IMG/VR virus record: IMGVR_UViG_3300025769_000005
Location: 2,085-66,084 of that record
DNA length: 64,000 nucleotides
Direction: 5' to 3' (one strand)
Origin: a virus
Lineage: Duplodnaviria; Caudoviricetes
Shown here one piece after another: positions 20,260 to 31,900 of the stretch. Each line of letters starts with the position of its first letter. Position 1 is the first letter of the stretch. The notes under the pieces are model-generated. The model searched no databases, had not been told where the DNA came from, and was given only the letters and a program-made list of their open reading frames with translations. Both the position numbers and the translations under genes were made by a program.

Positions 20260-21477
20260 ATGGCAAGACCTGATGGTGGATTAATCCAAGAAACAAACTT
20301 ACAATATTACGCGGGCGCGCAGATCATATATACTTCAGTTGCTGCAACCACTGTTTATACGTTTACCTTTAATACTCAATTGGTTTTAGGTAGCGCAACT
20401 AGCTTTGCACCAGCAGACCCAGAATTTGGTTTAAATAATTTTAGAATATATACTAGCCCAAATGGTATAAACAACTGGACCGAATATATAACTACATATA
20501 CTTTAGTTAATAACTCTACCGGTAGTAAAATAACTTTAGGTAATGGTCAAAACATAGGTACTTATGTAAAAGTACAATTAAAAGAAACGGCCGTACAAAA
20601 TAACTACGGTGGTTATGAATATATAAAATTAAAAGATATTATAAACAACTTTATAGTTGCTTATGTTGGTCAAGATAAACTTATACCAAACGTAAGAAGA
20701 AGCGATGTTATATTTCACGCTAAACGTGGTTTACAAGAATTTAGTTATGATACGTTAAAAAGCATAAAAGCTCAAGAACTAAGCGTGTCTTCTAGCTTAT
20801 CAGTAGTTATACCTCAAGATTACGTTAATTATGTTAAACTATCTTGGATAGATGGACTTGGCGTTAAACATACTATATACCCAACTCAACTAACTAGCAG
20901 CCCTTCTAATGCTCCAATACAAGATAATCTTGGAAATATAGTACAGGATAATTTTGCTGAAAATATAGACGGTACATCTATAACAAACGAAAGATGGGAA
21001 AAAGCAAACCCTAATTTGATAACAGGTTTAAGTCCTACTGATTCTAGTAATCCACTTGTCTTTATGAATGACTGGTGGGGAGAAAGTTCTTGGGGATTTG
21101 GCGGATGGTATGGCCAAAGATATGGAGGTGATCCAGTTAACATGCAAGTAAACGGTTGGTTTAACATAGATGAAGCGAGAGGTACATTTAATTTTTCTAG
21201 CGATCTAGCAGGTAAAATAATAATGTTAGAATACATATCTGACGGCTTAGCTTATAATTTAGATAGTAAAGTGCCAAAGATGGCAGAAGACGCAATGTAC
21301 GCTCATTTGAACCATGCGATACTTTCAACTAGAGCAAACACACAAGAATATATAGTACAAAGATACAAACAAGAAAGATACGCTAAACTTAGAAACACTA
21401 AAATAAGATTGTCTAATATTAAATTAGATGAAATAGTGCAAGTGATGAGAAATAAATCTAAATGGATTAAATCATAA
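20260..21477 (+). CDS. Tail ring/tubular structural protein
   Basis: IPQDYVNYVKLSW, EYISDG; lies in the tail module. Confidence 0.55.
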   Translation: MARPDGGLIQETNLQYYAGAQIIYTSVAATTVYTFTFNTQLVLGSATSFAPADPEFGLNNFRIYTSPNGINNWTEYITTYTLVNNSTGSKITLGNGQNIGTYVKVQLKETAVQNNYGGYEYIKLKDIINNFIVAYVGQDKLIPNVRRSDVIFHAKRGLQEFSYDTLKSIKAQELSVSSSLSVVIPQDYVNYVKLSWIDGLGVKHTIYPTQLTSSPSNAPIQDNLGNIVQDNFAENIDGTSITNERWEKANPNLITGLSPTDSSNPLVFMNDWWGESSWGFGGWYGQRYGGDPVNMQVNGWFNIDEARGTFNFSSDLAGKIIMLEYISDGLAYNLDSKVPKMAEDAMYAHLNHAILSTRANTQEYIVQRYKQERYAKLRNTKIRLSNIKLDEIVQVMRNKSKWIKS

Positions 21478-21480
21478 TAC

Positions 21481-24400
21481 ATGGCAGAAATTAAAAATAC
21501 CTTTTTAAAAGGTAAAATGAATCAAGATCTTGACTCTCGATTACTGCCAAACGGTGAGTATAGAGAAGCTATAAACTTAATGATTAGTAGATCAGAAGGA
21601 TCAACTGTCGGTGAGTTTGAAAATGTATTAGGTAATACTGTTATAAGAGATATTGATGGTAACGAATCTGTTGTTATAGGTCATTTTATAGATGAAACAA
21701 ATAACATAGCTTATTTTCTTTGGACTGACTTTGATAGTCCATCAGGCGCTAGAGCTACAAACTCTAATAACTGTGGTATAACACAAATAAGTTTAAACGC
21801 TCCTTACACACCTGTAATATTAGTAGAAGGTTGGTTTTTAAATTTTAATAAATCATTTCCTGTTACAGGTATTAACATGGTAGAAGATTTATTGTTTTGG
21901 ACAGACAATAATAATCAACCTAGAAAAATAAACGTACAATTAGCTCAAAACACTGGTCATTATACTAATGAAGATCAAATATCAGTAGCTAAATATGCGC
22001 CATGCGAACCTGTTATTGTTTTAGACAGATATAACACCGCTATAAACGGTACAGTTTCTAATAGCGTTATTGTTAATATAAGTGGAAATACTAGTAATGT
22101 AAAAATAGGTGATATAGTAAGTGAGTTTGAAACAATTACTATTCCTACTGAAATCACTGAAAAAAGATTTGTTGTAGCTATAAATAGCTCTACTCAAGTT
22201 ACATTAAACAAAGCAATAACAGCCACTACTTCAAATTTAAAAATTGTATTTGAAAGACCAACAATGACTAACAAAGCGCAAGAGCAAAATTCTAATGGTG
22301 CTACATCTTCAATTACTTCTGTGGCTGGCAGTGGATTAACTGCCACTTATCTTTTTAACACTGGCTTTGATCAAGTGTTACCAGAAGTTGGTATGATAGT
22401 AACAGGTCCTAACGCTACCGCCGCTAGTAATATAACTATAACATCTGTTGTTGCTAATTATGCGCCTGCCCCTGCTTCAGGTGATAGCGACTATCCTTTG
22501 GCTTATAACCAAATAACATTAAAGTTTTCTAAAGATGTATCTGCCGCTCCATATTCTTGGGTAGCAACAAATTCTATAACTATAGGTGTTAATCAGTTTT
22601 ACGATGGTAATTGGAAAGGTGATGATGCTTTTTTAGAAGATAAGTTTGTAAGATTTAGCTATAGGTTTAAATTTGAAGATAATGAGTATTCTTTAATGGC
22701 TCCATTTTCTCAACCAATGTTTATTCCAAAACAGGAAAGCGCTTTTGGTAAAGGAGAAAATTATGTAGAAAAAGACATGGACAATGCTTACAAGTCTACT
22801 ATATTGACTTGGTTTGAAAACTCTATAAACAATATATTAGTAAAAGTTCCTATGCCACAAACTAGTTCTGCGCTTATGCAAACTAAATTGTTAGTCACGG
22901 ATGTTGATATTTTATATAAAGAATCAGATGCTTTAGCTGTAAAGGTTTTAGATACTGTACCACTTTCCAGCATATCAGGTAATTTTTCTACAATAGCTTG
23001 GTCTGACCCAGTACATGGCGTTAGCTCTACAAGTTATTTAAGTTATGATTATACTTCAAACAAACCATATAAAACATTACCACAAGGTCAAACTACTAGA
23101 GTGTATGATAAAGTGCCAATTAAAGCTTTAGCTCAAGAATTAATAGGTAATAGAGTTGTGTATGGTAATTATGTTGACAAACATACACCACCAAAATCAA
23201 TAGCTTATAACGCTAGTATACAAGATAAAAAATATTATTTTCACGATACTGTTCAATATCCTTATCATAACTTAAAACAAAATAGAACCTATCAGGTTGG
23301 TTTTGTATTGTCTGATAGATATGGTAGGCAATCAGATGTTATATTATCTTCTTATGATAGTGTAGAAAATTTAGCAGGATCAACAGTTTATTCTCCATAT
23401 AGAAGCTCAAGCTTAGCGTCTACAGAGCCAGTTATTGATTGGTTTGGTGACGCATTGAATATTACTATAGACGAAGCTATAAACAGTACAGCTAGCACTG
23501 CGACTGGCGAACCAGGAATATATAACGAAGCTTTAAGACCATTAGGTTGGTATTCATACAAAGTTGTTGTTAAACAGCAAGAGCAAGAATATTATAATGT
23601 TTACTTACCTGGGTTTGTAAATGGAGCTCCAGTTAGAAATGCAGAAGACGTTAACACTGTTGCTTACATGTCATTACTTAGTGATAACATTAACAAAGTA
23701 CCAAGAGATTTAAAAGAAGTAGGTCCTACTGACTTAGAATATAGTAGTTCTGAAGTTTTATACATAAGAGTTAATAACCCAAATATGTTAACCATAGGTA
23801 CAAACGCTAGTTTAGTTCCTTGGAATCAGCAGTATTATCCTAATCTTAAAAAACAAAATATATTATCTATAGCCTCAGTAAGAGATATGGAAATAGCAGC
23901 AATACCTTTTGTTGCAAATGCTCCAGAAGGAGACTATGGTCAAGTTGGATCGCTTGTTTCTGGAAACAATACAACCCCTGTTAGTATTGGGTCTATTCCT
24001 TGGGGTCAATGTGGACCAGATGCTAGTTTATATAATTCTGACTTAAATCCTTTTGTTGGTAAAATAAGTACATCATCTAATGGTTTGTCAAATCCTGTAG
24101 GCTCTATAGTAACTCAACATAGTGTTAACAGTCCTGGTTCTGGAACTAAGATTTTATCAATGGTACCTTTTTTAAGTGTAGCAGAAACTAAACCAGTATA
24201 TTCTTTATTAGAAATATTCTGGGAAACTTCTTTACAAGGTAAAATACAAACTTTAAATAGCTTAATAAACGCTCAAGACAATAACGTAATTGGCACAACT
24301 GTTACTTCGGTTAACTTTGCTGAAAGCTTAGGTAACGCAAATGAAATAACTCCTTTTAATTTCGTAACAGGATCAAGCGGTAATATAAACACGCAACTAA

Positions 24401-25527
24401 CAAGCGCAGCAATACTTCAAGTTGTTGATCAAACAGGTGCAGATAGAACTTCAGAAAACTTATTTACTTTAACTTATAGTGGAGGTGGCGGAATATACAA
24501 ATTAAACACTAGTTCTTATTTTACTTTTTTAGCAAGTTCTGGAGGATCACCATCAACAGATATATATACGTTTACGTTTAGAACTGTTTATAACCCAGGT
24601 ACAGGAGCGGAAACAAGAGACACGTCTACTTTAACAGCTACTTTAACTAATGTTGTTCCAACTATAACTAGTTTTAGTAACCCAACAAATATAACGACAG
24701 CTAGCACTACTATAAATCAATTTGCTGGATTTAATGGTACTAATTCTAGTAACACAACTTCTAATAAAACAGCGCAACTTATATGGGATTTAAACCCTGC
24801 TCACGCAAATTACTTTGCTAATAGTTTGTTATTTTCTATGAGTTCAACTGGATTGTTAAGTGTTACAGGCACTATAGTCGAAGGAACTACTTATAACGTA
24901 GGCGTAAGACTTAGAGATTCTGATGGTTTAACAGGTTTTAATCAAGCTGTAGCTGTTATAAGCTTTACTGTTGGTGTACAACATACGCCCAAAGCTATAT
25001 GTGAAGGTAGAAAAGGCACTGTAGCCGCGGCATGTGGACAAAGTTATGCAACTTATTTCTTAGCATCTGCAACAACTCCAACTTTTTCTTGGCCTATTAC
25101 TGTTGGTGGAATTTCATTTCCAACACCTACATATAATTATAACGTTAGAAATAACGCTACAGGAAGTGGTACCTATACAACTGGAGCTTTAACACAAGGT
25201 GTAATGACTATAACACCAACTATAACATCTACAGGTGGTAGTGGTGGTGGAAGCGTATCAGCTTATTACACAATACAATATAGAGCTAATACAGGATCTG
25301 CATGGTCACAAGCTATAGACACTGGTAACAACAGCATTGGCGCAATACAAATATCAGCAAGTACTGGTTCACCTGGAACAAGTACTAAAACATTTAGTAT
25401 TTTAGGAGAATATAGAGTTGTAACAACAGATGTTGCTGGCGAAGGTTGTTCTGATGGATCTACTGTACAACTATACGTAAACTTTGCGGACGCTACATAT
25501 CCAGGAAATTGCACTGGACCACTGTAA
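21481..25527 (+). CDS. Large tail (stabilisation/nozzle-like) protein, part 1
   Basis: KMNQDLDSRLLPNGEYREAIN N-terminus, LFWTDNNNQPRKIN; Ig-like T/S-rich C-terminal domains. Confidence 0.7.
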   Translation: MAEIKNTFLKGKMNQDLDSRLLPNGEYREAINLMISRSEGSTVGEFENVLGNTVIRDIDGNESVVIGHFIDETNNIAYFLWTDFDSPSGARATNSNNCGITQISLNAPYTPVILVEGWFLNFNKSFPVTGINMVEDLLFWTDNNNQPRKINVQLAQNTGHYTNEDQISVAKYAPCEPVIVLDRYNTAINGTVSNSVIVNISGNTSNVKIGDIVSEFETITIPTEITEKRFVVAINSSTQVTLNKAITATTSNLKIVFERPTMTNKAQEQNSNGATSSITSVAGSGLTATYLFNTGFDQVLPEVGMIVTGPNATAASNITITSVVANYAPAPASGDSDYPLAYNQITLKFSKDVSAAPYSWVATNSITIGVNQFYDGNWKGDDAFLEDKFVRFSYRFKFEDNEYSLMAPFSQPMFIPKQESAFGKGENYVEKDMDNAYKSTILTWFENSINNILVKVPMPQTSSALMQTKLLVTDVDILYKESDALAVKVLDTVPLSSISGNFSTIAWSDPVHGVSSTSYLSYDYTSNKPYKTLPQGQTTRVYDKVPIKALAQELIGNRVVYGNYVDKHTPPKSIAYNASIQDKKYYFHDTVQYPYHNLKQNRTYQVGFVLSDRYGRQSDVILSSYDSVENLAGSTVYSPYRSSSLASTEPVIDWFGDALNITIDEAINSTASTATGEPGIYNEALRPLGWYSYKVVVKQQEQEYYNVYLPGFVNGAPVRNAEDVNTVAYMSLLSDNINKVPRDLKEVGPTDLEYSSSEVLYIRVNNPNMLTIGTNASLVPWNQQYYPNLKKQNILSIASVRDMEIAAIPFVANAPEGDYGQVGSLVSGNNTTPVSIGSIPWGQCGPDASLYNSDLNPFVGKISTSSNGLSNPVGSIVTQHSVNSPGSGTKILSMVPFLSVAETKPVYSLLEIFWETSLQGKIQTLNSLINAQDNNVIGTTVTSVNFAESLGNANEITPFNFVTGSSGNINTQLTSAAILQVVDQTGADRTSENLFTLTYSGGGGIYKLNTSSYFTFLASSGGSPSTDIYTFTFRTVYNPGTGAETRDTSTLTATLTNVVPTITSFSNPTNITTASTTINQFAGFNGTNSSNTTSNKTAQLIWDLNPAHANYFANSLLFSMSSTGLLSVTGTIVEGTTYNVGVRLRDSDGLTGFNQAVAVISFTVGVQHTPKAICEGRKGTVAAACGQSYATYFLASATTPTFSWPITVGGISFPTPTYNYNVRNNATGSGTYTTGALTQGVMTITPTITSTGGSGGGSVSAYYTIQYRANTGSAWSQAIDTGNNSIGAIQISASTGSPGTSTKTFSILGEYRVVTTDVAGEGCSDGSTVQLYVNFADATYPGNCTGPL

Positions 25528-25553
25528 TAATCAATAAAAACAAGTAATTAATA
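25524..25553 (+). promoter_or_regulatory. Class II promoter-like motif
   Basis: gtaataatcaataaaaacaagtaattaata just upstream of ATG 25558. Confidence 0.45.
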
Positions 25554-25557
25554 TAAT

Positions 25558-26964
25558 ATGTCACTAACATTACAAGTAGGATTTTTTAACTCATATTACG
25601 TGAAGAGATTAGCAGATGTTCCTGACATACCTAATATTGGCGATCCTAGTTGGGACGCTCCTCAAGTTGCAGTACCTGCACAAGACTGGTACGTTGAAGA
25701 ATCTAGAATAAGAGGAGGTTATAATAATGTATCTACTGATTACGGTGTAAAAGCATATATAGTTGAAGAGCAAGCAGATCAAACACGTAGAGGATCATCT
25801 CTTATATACTCAGGTATATTCAACTCAAGAACAGGCATTAATCAAACTAATCAATTTAGTGTAGCAGAAGAAATAACTAGAAGTGTAGATCCAATAAGCG
25901 GTAGTATACAAAAGTTATTTGCAGAAGATACAAACTTACTAGTATTCCAAGAGCGTAAAGTTAACAATGCTCTTATAGATAAAGACGCTATATTTACAGC
26001 AGAAGGTTCTGCTATAACAACTTCAGGTAAATTAGTAATAGGACAAATAACACCTATATCAGGTGAATGGGGTATTGCTACAAACCCAGAATCATTTGCT
26101 GATTATGGATATGCTAAATACTTTGTTGACAGACATCGTGGAGCTGTTTTGAGATTAGCAGGTGGACAGATAACAGAAATATCAAACTATGGTATGATTG
26201 ATTTCTTTAGAGATCAGTTATCAGCGGTTACAAGCACAGGAGCAATATTAGGTTGTTTTGATAATTATAATAAAAACTATGTATTATCCATACAACCAAA
26301 CAATAGATATGACTACGGAGTATATAAAACTTTATCTTTTGACGAAAGATCAAAAGGCTGGACTAGTTTCTTTGATTTTAAACCTCAAGACATGTTTAGT
26401 TCTCAAGGTCAGTTTTATTCTACTAAGCTAAGATCAGGCGAAGATATTAACGAATTATACCAACATTACACTAACCAAACTAGAAATAGTTTTTACGGAA
26501 CTACTACACCATCATCAATACAATTTGTATTTAACCCAGCACCTAACAACATAAAAACTTTTCAAACTATAAACTACGAAGGTACTAATGGTTGGGAAGT
26601 TACAGCTTTAGTCTCTGATGAAACTGGGTTTGATGCTAGTGGCGGTAACTGGATTAACCATGTTGATACAATTGTTGAAGGTCCAGGCGCTACGCAGTAT
26701 AGAAAAATATATAGCTATGATGAAGGCGCTTATGTAGATAATAACGTCCAGTATCGAGCTGGATTTAATAGAAAACAAAATAAATACATGGCAGTTATAC
26801 CTAATAATACGCAAACACCTATTGCGGGTGAGGTTGTATTTGGTAACCAAACAACAGGTATAAAAGCTTATTATGCAACAGTCACAATGAAGACAGATGC
26901 AACTACTGATCCTAACGGATTAAAAGAGTTGTTTGCTGTAAGTAGTACTTTTGCACCAAGATAA
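25558..26964 (+). CDS. Tail (stabilisation/nozzle-like) protein, part 2
   Basis: EESRIRGGYN, GIATNPESFA, GWTSF beta-propeller-like motifs. Confidence 0.65.
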   Translation: MSLTLQVGFFNSYYVKRLADVPDIPNIGDPSWDAPQVAVPAQDWYVEESRIRGGYNNVSTDYGVKAYIVEEQADQTRRGSSLIYSGIFNSRTGINQTNQFSVAEEITRSVDPISGSIQKLFAEDTNLLVFQERKVNNALIDKDAIFTAEGSAITTSGKLVIGQITPISGEWGIATNPESFADYGYAKYFVDRHRGAVLRLAGGQITEISNYGMIDFFRDQLSAVTSTGAILGCFDNYNKNYVLSIQPNNRYDYGVYKTLSFDERSKGWTSFFDFKPQDMFSSQGQFYSTKLRSGEDINELYQHYTNQTRNSFYGTTTPSSIQFVFNPAPNNIKTFQTINYEGTNGWEVTALVSDETGFDASGGNWINHVDTIVEGPGATQYRKIYSYDEGAYVDNNVQYRAGFNRKQNKYMAVIPNNTQTPIAGEVVFGNQTTGIKAYYATVTMKTDATTDPNGLKELFAVSSTFAPR

Positions 26965-26983
26965 TTAATTAAAACAAATAGAT

Positions 26984-27850
26984 ATGCCAGCAATAGCAGC
27001 GATAGGAGCAGCAGTAAAAATAGGTGGAGCTATCTTTGGAGCAGGAAGAGCTAAACGAGAAGCTAGACGACAAAGAAAAAGAGCAAGAGCCTTAAACAAA
27101 AAAATAAATCATTTAGAAGCAAATAGACAAGATGTCATAAATCCTTATGATCAAGTAACAAGTTTAGCTAGTATGGCTACAGACTTGTCTAGCACCATGT
27201 CTAACCCTATGGCTAATTTATCTGTTGCAACAAAAGCTGCTGAAATGAAAATTGAACAAGCTGATATATCTTTAGCAAATACTTTAGATACATTAAGGGC
27301 TACAGGGTCTGGAGCTGGTGGAGCAACTGCTTTAGCACAAGCTGCTTTACAAAGTAAAAAAGGCGTTGCTGCTAGCATAGAAGGTCAAGAAAAAGCTAAC
27401 GAAGATAAAAGAGCAGCTGGTGAAGAAAGACTAGAACAAAGAGTTGCTGCAGAAAAACAAAGAATACAACGTATTAACATTAGCGAAGGCGCAAGAGAAC
27501 AACAAGCTATGGCGCAAGGTAGAGCATTTGAATTCCAAGCTCAAGAAAGTAGAGATAATACTAAACTAAGTAGATTGTACGGGCAACAACAACAAGCTCA
27601 AGGAGCTGCCGCTGCTGCTAGACAATCAGAAACTTCAGCAATTATGGGTGGTATAAATGCTTTAGGTGGCGCTATTGGTAGTGGTGCTTTTGGTGGTTTA
27701 GGTGGTGGAGGAAATAACCCTGTAGATAACATGTCTGAAAGCGCTGTATTAAATAGAATAACTCAAGATCCAGGTGGTGTTGGTGTTGAAGATATGAACG
27801 CTGAAGATTTAGGATTAGTATTAGATGAAAACGGTGATATGATTGATTAA
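26984..27850 (+). CDS. Internal virion/ejection protein
   Basis: Ala/Gly/Gln-rich helical protein with glycine-zipper termini. Confidence 0.6.
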   Translation: MPAIAAIGAAVKIGGAIFGAGRAKREARRQRKRARALNKKINHLEANRQDVINPYDQVTSLASMATDLSSTMSNPMANLSVATKAAEMKIEQADISLANTLDTLRATGSGAGGATALAQAALQSKKGVAASIEGQEKANEDKRAAGEERLEQRVAAEKQRIQRINISEGAREQQAMAQGRAFEFQAQESRDNTKLSRLYGQQQQAQGAAAAARQSETSAIMGGINALGGAIGSGAFGGLGGGGNNPVDNMSESAVLNRITQDPGGVGVEDMNAEDLGLVLDENGDMID

Positions 27851-27853
27851 ATT

Positions 27854-28957
27854 ATGGATAAAATAAAAAACATACAAAAGAATTTATTGATTAAGCAAAT
27901 TAATCAAAGTGATGCTATAGCTTATAATAAAAGCTTTTTGCAAAATCCAGTTGACTCTAATTTTAATGTATTACGAGCTTTTGAAGGTACAGAAAAAGAA
28001 TACGCTAGATTAGAACTTGCTATTAAAGATGGCAAATGTGAAGAACAGGGTTGTCAAATGGAAATGGATAGATTACAGTATCTAACTAATGCTCCTACTA
28101 TATTTATGGATTTTATGGAAAATGTTATGGGTGAGCTTTCTGTTACTGATGAAGAAAACTTTGATCCTAATAACAATGCTGATTACACTATAGCAAATTG
28201 CATGTTAAATGATAGACCAGGTTTTACTAAAACATCTGGTTACGATATTGAACTTAGATTATTAGGCGATGGATCACAACAACTAACATTTACTGGTCCT
28301 GGTTTTTATGAGCCATTAATATTAAATAGCTCTAGCTTACAAATATTATTAGAAAGTGGAACTTTTTTAATTGCATCAACACCTAATATAGGTAAGATGA
28401 TGTCTAGATTATTAACTGAAGTAAATGTATTTAGCCCTGAAATGGTAAATGCTGAAACAGAAGAGTTAATGCCTAATGCTAAAATAAGTGAAGAGTTTAT
28501 TGTGATGACACCACAAGGTGATTTTGATTATCAAATAATAGACATAGGCGGTGGTAAAGGTAGAAACGTACTTAGATACGATATGGATAAAATAGAAAGA
28601 AAAGTAACTCCATTTATAAACGCTGAAGTTGCTGGTATTTTAGATAGTGAACAAGAAGCTGTAGCTGCTTGGAACATGTATATAAGCAAAGGCACTAGTG
28701 ATGAAGAAGACGATCAAATGGTACAAGACGCTAACGCTTACGGATCTAGTTGGTCATACGAAACTGACCTACCATTATCACAAGATAAAAAAGTTTTATT
28801 CATGAAAAAATATAAAGAGTATTTTATGAAAAACTATTTAGTACAGTTCACAACTAATCAATTACCTAGCGTACAAGCTGACGCTGCTGTATTTGATATG
28901 GCTGAAATTAAAAAAGCTAAAGCACAAAAATTTGCAGAAGAAAACCCAGTAAAATAA
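27854..28957 (+). CDS. Acidic hypothetical protein, possible ejection protein
   Basis: Lies between an ejection-like gene and the giant gene. Confidence 0.5.
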   Translation: MDKIKNIQKNLLIKQINQSDAIAYNKSFLQNPVDSNFNVLRAFEGTEKEYARLELAIKDGKCEEQGCQMEMDRLQYLTNAPTIFMDFMENVMGELSVTDEENFDPNNNADYTIANCMLNDRPGFTKTSGYDIELRLLGDGSQQLTFTGPGFYEPLILNSSSLQILLESGTFLIASTPNIGKMMSRLLTEVNVFSPEMVNAETEELMPNAKISEEFIVMTPQGDFDYQIIDIGGGKGRNVLRYDMDKIERKVTPFINAEVAGILDSEQEAVAAWNMYISKGTSDEEDDQMVQDANAYGSSWSYETDLPLSQDKKVLFMKKYKEYFMKNYLVQFTTNQLPSVQADAAVFDMAEIKKAKAQKFAEENPVK

Positions 28958-28963
28958 AATTAA

Positions 28964-31900
28964 ATGACTAGAGAAGAATTTATAGAATCATTAGACGAGT
29001 CATTATCTTACAATGCTAAACAAAAACTTTTAGCTCAGTGGGATATTGACAATCCTCAAACTGAACAAGTTGTTGAAGAAGTAAAGATAGACGTTGTTGC
29101 GGATCCAGTGGATGCAACTGTAGCAACGAAACCGGAAAATGCATCCGAGATAAAAGATACGGAATTAGAATCGGAGAATGGTTCTTTGGAGTCACAAGAA
29201 ATATATCAACCGTATTATATTCTAAGTAACGATAAAACAGTTAGTAATACTTTTGATATTATAAATCAAAGAACTAAAAGATATGTTGACCAAAAAAACA
29301 TTACTAAAGAATATTTAGATAGAATTAGCGGTAAAATAGCGCCAAATAGTTTGTTGATTGAAGAAGGAAAAAAACAAAAAGAATTTTCACTAGAAAAAAC
29401 CTTAGATTACAACGAAGATTATTATAATCAAAATCAATCATCTGAAAAAATAAAACCAATAATAGATACTAGGTTTAAAACAAAAGTAGATCCTTTAGGT
29501 TTAAACAAAGATTCTAAAGAAGAAAACAAAGTTGATTTATTTAATGAAATTCTTAAAGAAGAAGAAAAAAGAGTTTTAAATGAAGACACTTTTATAAACT
29601 ATGTTGATGGTTTTATAGAAGAAAATGATTTAGATATACCTTTGCCATATTTGTATTTTAATCCAAAAAAACAAACTGGCTTTATAGATCAATATTACGG
29701 TGGAACAAAAGTTTTAGAAGAATTTGGAATAAACACTGTTGACTTTGAGGGTTTTTTAACATCAAATGGTTATGCAGAAGATTTCTTAAATGCTATTGAC
29801 TCTGGTGAATACGATCAGCAAGGTGGTGATTTAGCTAAAGAAAGAGACTTAGAAGGTTATTTAAATTTTTATACTAGAATAATGGATTCTAGATTAAATC
29901 AAAACAAAAAACTTGATTTAATTAAAGAAGATTTAAAAGGAGAAAACAAAGTAGAAATATTTGGTTCAGCACAAGAAAATCTAAAAAAAGCTCTTAAAGA
30001 TTTTAAACCTGGGGACGCTTCTTATACTTTATTCGATCAAAGTTTAATGAAAGAATATAAACAGTCTAAGTTTAAACTTGCGGCAGATAAAGATAAAGAA
30101 TATCAATTAGCTAGAATTAAATACGCAAAAGAACTAGACAAAAGATCAGATGCTATGTCTGCTGCTGCAAACATAGGTCAAATGCTTGTAGAATCAGGAA
30201 AAGGTCTTTACCAAGGTTTTGAAGATTTATTTGATTTTGGTCTTAAAATAGCGGGCTTTGATGATTCGCTGGCTATTTCTCAAAACTTAAGAATGGAAGA
30301 AGAAAGAGCTAAAGATAATTCTTATTTTTTAAGTATAACAGGTAAAACTATAGAAAAATACGCTAAAGACGATGATGGTAATTTCTTATTAGATAAAAAC
30401 GGTGAAAAAATTAAAATAGTTTATGCTAAAGATTCTGATACTGGTCAAATATACAATGTAACTAAAGGCTATAATATGGGTGGTATTATAGATGCTTTTG
30501 AATTAAAAATGTTAAATGATGAAATAGAAAAATCTGATAGAATTGAAGATCATTATTCTGCTAGAGGTTTTTTAACTACAGGAGGAAATGTAGTTGGAAA
30601 TGTAATGTCTCAGGTTATAGGACAAAAAGGTGTAGGATACTTAACAAATGCTGTTAAGCTAAAAACTCTTGCCGCTGCTAATGGTTTTACTTCGATAAAA
30701 AAATATAAAAACATACGTGATCTGAGTGTTGCTGTTGGAGGGAAAGCACCTACTAGAATACCTGTTAAAAAATCTGTAGTAGATGCTATGTTATTTCAAT
30801 CAACATACGGGGGAGCTATAGGTTACAAACAAACTTTAGATTCAGCAAAACAAGCTGGTTTTACAAATGCAGAGGCAGAGGCTTTAGCTTCTTCAGCCTC
30901 ACAAAACATGGCGGTTTGGTATGCTGCAACTGGCCCATTAAACACTAGAACTGGATGGTTAGATGGAACTCTAGGTAAATTAGGAATAAATAGAATAGTT
31001 AATTCATCTATTTTAGCTGCTAGAAAAGAATCACAAAAAGCTAGCACAAATGCTTTTTTAAATAAATCCTTTACAAAAAACTTACAACTTAGATTATCTA
31101 ACTTGTCAACAAAATTAGCTAACAATGGTATAGTTTTTGTTAAAGAAGGTTCTAAAGAATTTGTTCAAGAAAACACTCAGCAAGCTGGAGAGTATTTGTG
31201 GATAAATAAAACGTTAAACATGAAGACAGGTATAAATTTTCTTAAAGATACTTATACTGACAATGATATAAAATCAACATCTATACTTTCTTTTGTTACC
31301 GGTGGCTTACTTTCACAAATGCAAGTGCCTAATTTTAAACCTAACTCTGCTGCTCAAGTAGATAATTACATTTATATTGCAAATAATAGCAATGACGCAG
31401 AGATAGAATTAAATAAATTAGTAGAATCTGGTTTAGCAACTCAAGAAGAAGCTGATCAAATAATGAAAAACGCTCAAGCAATTTATAACAATGCAGCTTC
31501 AATACCCGCTTGGATGCTTGAAACAGATTTTGTGCTAGAATCTAGTCTTTTACTTCAAGAAAAAAAAGATATAGAATTAAGAAAAAAGAAAACTGACCCA
31601 GCTTTTCACGGTCCTGATAATGATAAATTACAAGAAATTGACAACAAGTTAAAAGAAATTAACCTTGAGGCTTTAGCTTCTACAGACGCAGCTGCTGCTG
31701 TAGAAAAAGATGTTGAAAGCGTAACTAAGATTGTTGGTGAAGAAAACATAGAAACATTTGATACTACTGAAAAGTGGAAAGCTAGATTAGATGAATTAGA
31801 TATACCAGATGGTTACGATGCAGATGCTTTGTTCCATGAAAAAGATGGCAAAATATATATTAACAAACAAAGAGCCGCTGAAGTAGAAGCTGTAACGGCA

